A stretch of DNA of 52,079 bases from Candidatus Saccharimonadota bacterium (lineage in GTDB: Bacteria; Patescibacteriota; Saccharimonadia; Saccharimonadales; UBA4665): contig JAYTAB010000013.1 in assembly GCA_043737735.1 (NCBI GenBank), forward strand, positions 1 through 52,079, written 5' to 3'. The notes under the pieces were generated by a model. It saw nothing but the letters and a program-made list of their open reading frames with translations. It searched no databases and was not told where the DNA came from. Position numbers and translations under genes: made by a program. Positions 44,788-52,079 of this stretch are shown piece after piece. Numbering within the stretch: the stretch's first letter is position 1; each line of letters begins with the position of its first letter.

Positions 44788-46275
44788 ATGGAAAACTACA
44801 ATATGATTACCGTAGAAGATTCGCCACCTCCTGAAATGCCAGAGGTAAATCAACCGGAACAGGCAGGCCGCAATTCAACGCCTCCGAACATGGACGCGCC
44901 GCCACACATGCGTACGTGGGGTCGGCTGCTTATGTGGGGCTTGGTGGCAACGATATTGACGCTGTTGGGCGTCTGGGCTTTCTGCTCTATTTTCCTATCC
45001 CATCTCACGGTTGGACGCCTGACTTCGTCGTCCCGTATGAGCGATGCGTCATTGTCGACGATGCTGGATAAACAAGCCCGAGATTATCGACTAACTATAG
45101 TCTACCCAGATAAGACGTCGCGGCAATTTTCGCTCGACAAACTTGGCCTTACGGTGGATAGTAGTGCATCAGTCGAGGCGACGCGGAAGCGGCAGCATGA
45201 ATGGGGAAATCGTTTGAAATGGTGGCAACCGGTCAGGGCCATCGAGGTTGTGAAGGTAAATAATGCCGTACTTAACGCCTTCGTGGCGACAGAAGCGACT
45301 GTGACTATCCAGCCACCGCTCGACGCAGTACTAAAAATAGAAAAGGGTAAGATTCGTATTACAGATGCCGTGGCAGGGAAGCGGTATAGTTTGACCGAGC
45401 CGCAACAGAGTTTGTTGTCATCGGCCAGTGATCTTCGGACCGACCCCCTGAAACTCACGGCTACTCGCGTCGCTCCGGCTTTGACGGCTGGCACCTTGGC
45501 GCCCTACAAAACCAGCTTAGAAAAAATCATGGGTCAGCCGGTGACATTTACAGTTGGCGGCGCTTCGGTTACGCCATCGCCCGACGACATCGCGACATGG
45601 CTAGAGATTACTCCGGATGTTAAATCAAAGAAGGTTGATATCACTGTCAACAGCGGTAAGGTTCTGCAATATATCGACACCATGGCGGCGGCTAGAATTC
45701 GTCCCGCCAAAGCTCAAATAAATATACTGAAGGCCGACGGAACTACCAATGAGGTTGTTGCTGGTGTCAATGGAATAGACGTCATCAACAAGGCGAGCTC
45801 TGCTGCAACAGTTGCCAAGACGCTGATGGACGGCGCTGGGATAAAAGTGTCGCTCGATGTAAATTATGAACCCTTCAGGGTGATCAATACTAATTCCTAT
45901 GACAAGTGGATTGAAGTAGATCTGACACACAAAACTATGTATGCCTACGAAAAAAATAACTTGGTCAAAACCGACCTCGTGTCAGCCGGTGCGCCGGCGA
46001 CGCCGACCGTGACCGGCCAGTATGCCATCTATGCCAAATACGACCAACAGGACATGCGCGGCAACAATGTGGATGGCAGCAAGTATTTTCAGCCACACGT
46101 CCGCTGGATCAGCTATTTTTACAAGGATTACGCCGTTCATGGCAACTACTGGCGTCCACTGAGCTATTTCGGTAACATCAACAGCTCGCATGGTTGTGTG
46201 AGTCTGGTCGAAAGCGAAGCCGCCTGGATGTACAATTGGGCCCCCATCGGCACGCCTGTTATTGTCCACAAATAG
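44788..46275 (+). CDS. L,D-transpeptidase (YkuD domain) with N-terminal anchor and large accessory domains
   Basis: C-terminal HGNYW...NSSHGCVSL catalytic motif and an N-terminal TM helix. Confidence 0.8.
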   Translation: MENYNMITVEDSPPPEMPEVNQPEQAGRNSTPPNMDAPPHMRTWGRLLMWGLVATILTLLGVWAFCSIFLSHLTVGRLTSSSRMSDASLSTMLDKQARDYRLTIVYPDKTSRQFSLDKLGLTVDSSASVEATRKRQHEWGNRLKWWQPVRAIEVVKVNNAVLNAFVATEATVTIQPPLDAVLKIEKGKIRITDAVAGKRYSLTEPQQSLLSSASDLRTDPLKLTATRVAPALTAGTLAPYKTSLEKIMGQPVTFTVGGASVTPSPDDIATWLEITPDVKSKKVDITVNSGKVLQYIDTMAAARIRPAKAQINILKADGTTNEVVAGVNGIDVINKASSAATVAKTLMDGAGIKVSLDVNYEPFRVINTNSYDKWIEVDLTHKTMYAYEKNNLVKTDLVSAGAPATPTVTGQYAIYAKYDQQDMRGNNVDGSKYFQPHVRWISYFYKDYAVHGNYWRPLSYFGNINSSHGCVSLVESEAAWMYNWAPIGTPVIVHK

Positions 46276-46291
46276 TAGCTACGGAAAGGCA

Positions 46292-48073
46292 CTAGACGCG
46301 TTTTATGACAGCGTAGGGGGCCTTCATAAGGCTATTTTGGTGGACTATCAATTTTTCTTTTGGCGGTTTTGCACCGGGAGTATCCTGAATGCTTTTGTAG
46401 CTCTCGAGCGCTCGCCCAAGGCTAGAGTAGTGAGGCGCTTTCTCGAAATGTTGCGAAAGGTGGCTGCTCTTGCTAGCGGTGGCGCGGACTGAGCCCTTTA
46501 GACGGGCAATTGCAAACACGACATGTCTTTCCTTGAGATCTGCAAATAGCTTGTCGAGCATTTTGCCGGCGGTTGAATCTATGGAGGTAATTGTCTCAGC
46601 ATCCCACAGAAACCACTTGATGGGTTCATCGGCCGTGTCAATCAAATGGAGAACACGATCTCTAAAAAAGTTAGCGTTTGCAAAGTACAGCGGCGCATCA
46701 AAACGATACATCAATAGGCCAGGGACGATTGTTGTGTGTGGCGGACGCTCCATGTCACGTATCGAACCATTTTCTGCTACTCCAAGCACCGCGTCGTAGG
46801 GCAGGGCGCTCTGACGAATCAGGTTGGCTATCGCTAAGGATACGGCCAGCAGCAATCCCTGCATTATTCCCAGTATCGCCACCCCCAGAACTGTCGCAAT
46901 AGCTAGCAATGCTTCTGTGCGCCAAGCATGCCAGATAGAGACCAGCTCTCCGAAGTTAAACAACCTGGATATAGCTGATATTATGATAACCGCCAGGGCG
47001 CAAAGCGGCAGTTCATGCAGATAGGGCGCTAGAAAAACTAGAGTAATGGCAATAGCGAATGCTCCGAATAGTTGAGAAAACTGAGTGTGGGCTTTGGCCG
47101 CATTATTGACAGCCGTTCTTGTACCGGTAGCAGTAACTGGAATACCGCCAAATATACCCGATGTTACATTGGCAACACCTAAACCAATTAGATCTTGTCT
47201 AGTATCGACGGTTTCGTTATTTTTGTCAGCAAAGGAACGTAACGTCGAAATGGCACTCACGTAACAGATCACCATTATAGCCAGCGAAGGAATGACAAGA
47301 TTTTGAACATCCAAGAGTTTGACACCATTCAAACTCGGAATTGGCAGCCCGGTGGGTATATCACCGATAGTTAGTATGCCGTGATTACTCAAGTTGAAGA
47401 TTGCTGAGACCAGTATCGCACCGATTAATATTACTAAGGACGACGGCATTTTTGGATATTTCAATTCGAGAACGATTATTGACGCCATTAGGAAGATGCT
47501 AAAACCTATTGTCGCCAAACTCGCCGAGCCAAGATGGCTGATAGAGTATGAAACGTTGCTAATAAAATTTATAGTATTTGGCGAAGTAATCCCAATCAAT
47601 TTTGGAATTTGAAAAACGATAACAGTAAGTGCTAATCCGGCCATATATCCGAGCAAAATAGGCCGTGACAGGAACTCAGCGATGAAACCTATGCGCGCCA
47701 CAACTCCTATCAAACATGCAATTCCAACTAGAATTGCCATGATCGCTACCAATGCTGCGGCCGTAGCGGCATTGCCGTGCGCAAGTGGAAATATTGCCGC
47801 CCCCGTCAAAGCCGCTACGGCCGCGTCGGGACCTAATATCACCTGTCGTGAGGACGAAAACAGCGCAAATACAATCATAGCGACTAGCGCTGCGTACAGA
47901 CCGGCGGTAAGCGGGGCACCCGCTAGCTGAGCGTAAGCCATAGACTGAGGAATAGTCACGGCCGTGACGGTAATGCCTGCAATAATGTCACGTCGTAACC
48001 AGGCTCTATTGTATGTTTTCGTAGTTTTTAACAGCGGCAAACTAATGTTAAGCCGCTTAATTTGGTTATGCAT
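46292..48073 (-). CDS. SulP family anion transporter with C-terminal STAS domain
   Basis: WLRRDIIAGITVTAVTIPQSMAYAQLAG, a multi-pass core, and a C-terminal STAS-like region. Confidence 0.9.
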   Translation of the reverse strand: MHNQIKRLNISLPLLKTTKTYNRAWLRRDIIAGITVTAVTIPQSMAYAQLAGAPLTAGLYAALVAMIVFALFSSSRQVILGPDAAVAALTGAAIFPLAHGNAATAAALVAIMAILVGIACLIGVVARIGFIAEFLSRPILLGYMAGLALTVIVFQIPKLIGITSPNTINFISNVSYSISHLGSASLATIGFSIFLMASIIVLELKYPKMPSSLVILIGAILVSAIFNLSNHGILTIGDIPTGLPIPSLNGVKLLDVQNLVIPSLAIMVICYVSAISTLRSFADKNNETVDTRQDLIGLGVANVTSGIFGGIPVTATGTRTAVNNAAKAHTQFSQLFGAFAIAITLVFLAPYLHELPLCALAVIIISAISRLFNFGELVSIWHAWRTEALLAIATVLGVAILGIMQGLLLAVSLAIANLIRQSALPYDAVLGVAENGSIRDMERPPHTTIVPGLLMYRFDAPLYFANANFFRDRVLHLIDTADEPIKWFLWDAETITSIDSTAGKMLDKLFADLKERHVVFAIARLKGSVRATASKSSHLSQHFEKAPHYSSLGRALESYKSIQDTPGAKPPKEKLIVHQNSLMKAPYAVIKRV

Positions 48074-48132
48074 ATATCAACAGTATATACCAATCATACC
48101 CACAAAATATCTATCATATTTCGGGATGTCGA

Positions 48133-48513
48133 CTAAGGCGATGTCTTGTCTTCGAGTAGCTCGTCGATCTTGCCCAAAAGATCGTTCAGTCTCGTATCAC
48201 TTTTGACAAAATAATACGCCGGAAGGTATTCGGTAACTTTGACAACAATACTGTCCTTGGCCTCCAGATTGGTCAAGAGAATCACCTTGGCTGTTTTTCC
48301 CCACGCGTCTTTGCGCAATTCCTTTAGCGTGGTCAGGCCGTCCATCATCGGCATCACGATATCGAGCAGGATCAAGTCAGGTTTTTCGGTTTTGGCCTTG
48401 GCTAGGCCAATCTGGCCGTCTTGAGCGTGGAGCACCTCATATTTAAGCCTTAACTTGTCGCGTAGAATGCGCACGTAGGCTAATTCGTCCTCAATGAGCA
48501 AGATTGTCTTCAT
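48133..48513 (-). CDS. Single-domain response regulator (receiver only)
   Basis: ILLIEDELAY...DLILLDIVMPMMDG...K. ATG 48513 lies 1 nt downstream of the kinase stop on the minus strand. Confidence 0.85.
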   Translation of the reverse strand: MKTILLIEDELAYVRILRDKLRLKYEVLHAQDGQIGLAKAKTEKPDLILLDIVMPMMDGLTTLKELRKDAWGKTAKVILLTNLEAKDSIVVKVTEYLPAYYFVKSDTRLNDLLGKIDELLEDKTSP

Positions 48514-48514
48514 A

Positions 48515-50491
48515 TTATGCCTCCACTTTCTGTTTGACAGACGTATCAAAGGGTAGGGTGATATTAAAGGAAGAGCCCACATCTTCTTTGCTTTCTATTG
48601 ATATGTGTCCGCCCCAGCCTTCTACGTATGATTTGACGAGGTACAGGCCCAGTCCTGAGCCTCCGGTGTTGCTAGCGGCGGCCTTTTTGGTACGATAAAA
48701 TTTGGTAAATAGTTGGCGTTGGTCGTCTTCTGAAATACCGCTGCCAGTATCGACTACACTTATCAGAAAGCCGCCCGCGTCATTTCTGTCGACCACGACC
48801 GCTACACTACCCAAGGGCGTGTTGTATTCGATCGCATTTGCAACTAGATTCTCAATAACCTCTCGCAGTCTGAGAGGATCTATTAAAACCGAGGGTAGCT
48901 TAGCGTCGTTTATCTGCAACTTCAGCTCTATTTTCTTCTTTAGTGCCATTATACTGAGATCTTCGAGGGTATCCTTGGCAAGTTCTGCGATATTCGTTGG
49001 CTCCGGCTTGTCATTGACCATACCCTGGTCGATGTGGGCAATTGACAACAGGCTCCGTACTAGGTTCAGGATTCGTTCATTGTTTTTCCGGAGTTCCTCG
49101 AAGTAGACTTTGGTCTGTTTCGGCATTTTCTGCATATATTCATCTGTGCTGAGAACCTCAAGATACCATTTGACGATACCTAGCGGCGTTCGCAACTGGT
49201 GTGATGCTATAGATATAAATTCACTTTTGGCCTTGTCGACTTCTTTTTCTTTGGTTATGTCACGAAATATTTCTATGACACCGATCCTCTTTTCGCCAAG
49301 TATAATCGGCGTAACATTGATAGCTATGGGAATGCGAGATTTGTCATTCCTTACAAAATAATACATAGGAATGGTCTGTGTATTTGTCGACAGGTTGGTC
49401 GGGACTAGTTGTTTATCGAGTGACAACGGAAGACCTTGCTCGTCCTCCAGAGGTAGACTCGTGATTATATGGCCAATACTATCTTTGAATTTCCAGCCAA
49501 GCATAGTCTCAGCCGCTTTATTCATGACGATGATCTTTTCGTCGTTATCGATTGCCAACAAGCCATCGCCAATACTATTGAGCATGGCTTCATCTTTGGC
49601 TTTTTCAATCTCAATCGTTCCCTTAGCCACCTCTAGATCTTTCATGAGGTTCATTAAGGCTAATTTTGATTCTTCGAGCTCTGCGTTTGCTATTTCCAGT
49701 TTCTTGTTAGCTTTTTTGGTCTCTGTAACATTACGATGAATCACGGTTGCCCCGACGATTTCGCCATTTTCTATGATCGGCAAGACATTGATCGAGATAT
49801 CGATTATCTTGCCCCCTTTGGTAATCCTGCTGGTTTCGTATCCCTCGAATTTTTTACCCTTACGTATCCTATCAAGGATGGTTTTTATTTCGTGTTTATT
49901 ATCTTCTGGTACCATCAACATTATGGACTTACCGATAATCTCCTGCTTTTTGTAGCCATACATTCGCTCGGCGCTTTTGTTCCAGGTTCGGATAATTCCA
50001 TTCATGTCTTTACTAAAAATAGGATCTTCGACTGATTCTATGACTAGTTGTGCCCGTTTGGCTTCGTCGTCCAATTTCTTTTGGTCACTAATGTCACTAA
50101 AGATGACAGCAAAGCGATCGGCCTCTATCGGCCAGGCGTATGCACTAAATGTCCTGCCTAATGAGGCGGATGTACTCTCAAAGTGGGCGCTCTTGCCAGT
50201 ACGGACGACATTGCCGTATTCAGTAATCCAGGAGGTCTCAAGTCGAGGAATGACTTCGTTCACTGTCCTTCCGGCAAGCCCTTCGATCGGGATGTCGGTA
50301 TGTATGGCAAAAGCTGAGTTAACCTGGATAAAACGAAAGTCGATCGGCTTACGGGCCTCATCGTAGATCATTTCGCAATAAGCAAAAGCTTCGTCCATCT
50401 TATCGATGATCATTTGATAATCAAGGAGCTCTCCTGGAATAACCGGATCATTCTGGGCAGAGTTTACATTTTTAAAAAGTTTATTTGACAT
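48515..50491 (-). CDS. Multi-PAS sensor histidine kinase (cytoplasmic)
   Basis: Three PAS-like modules, H-box SIASHQLRTPLGIVKWY, HATPase_c GSGLGLYLVKS. No TM helix. Confidence 0.9.
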   Translation of the reverse strand: MSNKLFKNVNSAQNDPVIPGELLDYQMIIDKMDEAFAYCEMIYDEARKPIDFRFIQVNSAFAIHTDIPIEGLAGRTVNEVIPRLETSWITEYGNVVRTGKSAHFESTSASLGRTFSAYAWPIEADRFAVIFSDISDQKKLDDEAKRAQLVIESVEDPIFSKDMNGIIRTWNKSAERMYGYKKQEIIGKSIMLMVPEDNKHEIKTILDRIRKGKKFEGYETSRITKGGKIIDISINVLPIIENGEIVGATVIHRNVTETKKANKKLEIANAELEESKLALMNLMKDLEVAKGTIEIEKAKDEAMLNSIGDGLLAIDNDEKIIVMNKAAETMLGWKFKDSIGHIITSLPLEDEQGLPLSLDKQLVPTNLSTNTQTIPMYYFVRNDKSRIPIAINVTPIILGEKRIGVIEIFRDITKEKEVDKAKSEFISIASHQLRTPLGIVKWYLEVLSTDEYMQKMPKQTKVYFEELRKNNERILNLVRSLLSIAHIDQGMVNDKPEPTNIAELAKDTLEDLSIMALKKKIELKLQINDAKLPSVLIDPLRLREVIENLVANAIEYNTPLGSVAVVVDRNDAGGFLISVVDTGSGISEDDQRQLFTKFYRTKKAAASNTGGSGLGLYLVKSYVEGWGGHISIESKEDVGSSFNITLPFDTSVKQKVEA

Positions 50492-50676
50492 GGAACCGCG
50501 CCGATCTGGCAGGTGTTAGCCCACCGTATTCGTTAGACTCCTTCCGTAACTCACTTTGTAGCTACGGGCCGGGGTAGATTACGGGTCTATTAGAAGTATG
50601 CTCGCGGTCGGATGGGGCGTCAAGGCGCAGGAACCCGTTGTCGATAATTCTGTAGTGCTTCGTCGACTTATGTGGT

Positions 50677-51027
50677 CTACAGAGAGTTTTCTATAGCTGT
50701 ACGGATTATGCCAGACATGACTACTAAGCGTTGGGCTGCTTCGGCATCAGCAACGACCTCTGTTTGACTAGCTGCGACGGACAGTCCATCGACAATGCCG
50801 ATCAATTGATTCTGGCTGTATTTGACAACCAAGGGGTATTCAACGTCCGTTGACGTTGCTACTGCAAGAGTACGAAGGCCTGCAATAGTTGGGAATGGTA
50901 ACAACGTACCATGTGTGGCAACGTCTTGTAGCTCTTGTGGATTATCGAATCTGACGTCAAAGCCAGGTTTAAACCAGTGTTTCTTCGGATTAGGTACAAT
51001 ATGCATGGGCCTAATTATACCAATCAT
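50677..51027 (-). CDS. Hypothetical protein
   Basis: 116-aa ORF of ordinary composition. The start could be 51006. Its 5' end overlaps the left arm of a long hairpin. Confidence 0.4.
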   Translation of the reverse strand: MIGIIRPMHIVPNPKKHWFKPGFDVRFDNPQELQDVATHGTLLPFPTIAGLRTLAVATSTDVEYPLVVKYSQNQLIGIVDGLSVAASQTEVVADAEAAQRLVVMSGIIRTAIENSL

Positions 51028-51179
51028 ATCCCAAAACTCGGATTTTCTGGCGATGTATCAGTGAGGCGAAATATTTCTTCTCCGAGTGAATCATATCCGT
51101 AGATATGATGAGTGAGGAAAGGAATATTTTGGCCGCTGAGACTCGGCAGAAATACCGGGTTTTGGGGTATGATTGGTAT
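51017..51179. repeat. 163-nt extended imperfect hairpin
   Basis: 25-bp basal helix 51017-51041 / 51155-51179 (23 Watson-Crick pairs plus 2 G-U when read on + strand). Apical stem TCATATC-CGTA-GATATGA at 51091-51108. Confidence 0.6.
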
Positions 51180-51264
51180 ATATAACGGGCAGGCCTAGTA
51201 AAAGAAAAATTAATTTTGCTTGATTTGCAAAGAGCAATTGTTATGCTTTTTGGTTTAGGATAGG

Positions 51265-51434
51265 GACTAAGCCGACGTTTGTAAATAAACCCGACAACTA
51301 CCCGCGCCCTTCCCGGCCACAAGCATATTAAATTTCACGACCGTACTCCCGGTACGCTCGTGAAATTTAATATGCTTGCAGCAGGGAATCATCACGGCTA
51401 TTTGTCGGGTTTATTTACAAACGTCGACTAAGTC
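51265..51434. repeat. 170-nt two-tier hairpin
   Basis: 33-nt outer arms 51265-51297 / 51402-51434 (31/33 complementary). Perfect 20-bp inner arms 51321-51340 / 51358-51377, extended by CGTAC/GTACG around the loop. Confidence 0.65.
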
Positions 51435-51775
51435 GTGCCGGGCTGCAGAATCGAAATGCGGTTGTCCTTGGTGTCTATGGCTGAAATCCATAGACCGACG
51501 TCGGGGATCATTTGGGGCTCGTCGGTGTGATTGTCGCTTTGATCCATCTCACCCAGGATTTTGCCGCCTGCAGCTACCACCGCCTCCATGTCGTCGACGG
51601 ACACGACTACCGACGGCGCTTGAGACAGCGGGTTATCGGTTTTTTGTTTCTTGTGAGCTTGATACTGACGTGGACTTTCTACGGGGAGCCAAAGGTTTTT
51701 GCTTGCACGGCTGGCGAGCCTCTGATAATCTCGAAATGGGTGTAGGGCAAGAGATTACAAGTTATGGAGGTGAGT

Positions 51776-52079
51776 ATGTCTGCAAATGTCAGTGAAAAGT
51801 CGACCAAGCCAGAGATTTGGGCGGCATATAAAGCGCTGCTTGAGGAGTTTCAGGCTGGGCCAGTGACCGCTTCTAGTGGCAATACCGACCTGGACAAACT
51901 CGGGTCATCCCTGGAACATTCCAAGACTGATCTGATTGCTAAATTTGAAGCGGCAAAAGCAACTATTGCCAGCGCTGCCGACGATTACGTGATTGCCCAG
52001 CAAACTCTCGCCAAGCGCAAAGCCGAGGTAATAGCCGAGCTTGAGCAATCCAAAACCAGTCTGCAAGCAACAATTGATC
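51776..52079 (+). CDS. Hypothetical coiled-coil protein, N-terminal part (continues beyond window)
   Basis: GGAGGTGAG RBS 5 nt before the ATG. 101 codons with no stop up to the window edge. Helical heptad-like Ala/Lys/Glu composition. Confidence 0.5.
   Translation, partial: MSANVSEKSTKPEIWAAYKALLEEFQAGPVTASSGNTDLDKLGSSLEHSKTDLIAKFEAAKATIASAADDYVIAQQTLAKRKAEVIAELEQSKTSLQATID

Noticed and set aside
50492-50676. 185-bp region upstream of the PAS kinase, checked for SRP RNA, tmRNA or RNase P
   Set aside because: It contains a GGAAGGA string on the minus strand, but not the SRP domain IV context (GNRA tetraloop flanked by a complementary stem and an AGCA loop). It has no GAGGAAAGTCC P4 motif and no tRNA-like end.
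51011-51795. ORFs 51011-51322 (minus, 103 aa) and 51376-51795 (plus, 139 aa), and a 53-codon minus-strand ORF 51428-51589
   Set aside because: The two long ORFs read through the arms of the large inverted repeats and have Cys/Arg-rich, low-plausibility translations. The plus-strand ORF also overlaps the RBS and start of the better-supported gene at 51776. The 53-codon ORF has ordinary composition, but without an RBS or homology I could not support it.
1-52079. Search for a CRISPR array, integrase, transposase, phage structural genes, or restriction-modification or known defence genes
   Set aside because: I saw no tandem spaced repeats and no recombinase, transposase or defence-enzyme motifs in any frame. 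The low-GC island therefore has no recognisable mobility gene in this window.

Overview
The window reads as a gene-dense chromosomal segment from a small-genome bacterium. It mixes housekeeping genes (leuS, rpmF, nusB, rnc, rpsP, a KH-domain gene, trmD), cell-wall genes (a murF-like ligase, ddl, an L,D-transpeptidase, a GH18 enzyme) and a fermentative core (phosphoketolase translationally coupled to acetate kinase). It also holds myo-inositol-1-phosphate synthase, a NiSOD pair (sodN and its S26 protease), three histidine kinases, four single-domain receiver proteins, several transporters (Kef-type CPA2, SulP, ThrE) and regulators (Crp/Fnr, MarR, Fur). This gene content, the short intergenic regions and an apparently decayed gene fit a Patescibacteria/Saccharibacteria-like genome, but that placement is inference only. 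I found no rRNA, tRNA, CRISPR array, integrase or transposase. The main lead is a low-GC island at about 24990-27750. It carries five small acidic ORFs and two start-less coding stubs that share a 33-nt direct repeat, which resembles an orphan toxin-stub/immunity cassette array with no toxin or secretion gene in view. Other leads are listed below. LeuRS carries a roughly 160-aa Nudix-like domain insertion. The MurF-like ligase has its N-terminal domain replaced by transmembrane helices. A type-2 IDI homologue has lost its central core through an in-frame deletion. Six unrelated long intergenic hairpins (73-170 nt) could be MITE-like elements or structured RNAs. The fur gene appears leaderless, with a palindrome over its start codon. 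One protein is built of Gly/Ala-rich repeats of about 22 residues. Two short genes missing from the ORF track (rpmF and a KGG-type stress protein) are added. All functional calls rest on motif recognition by eye, and no database search was run.
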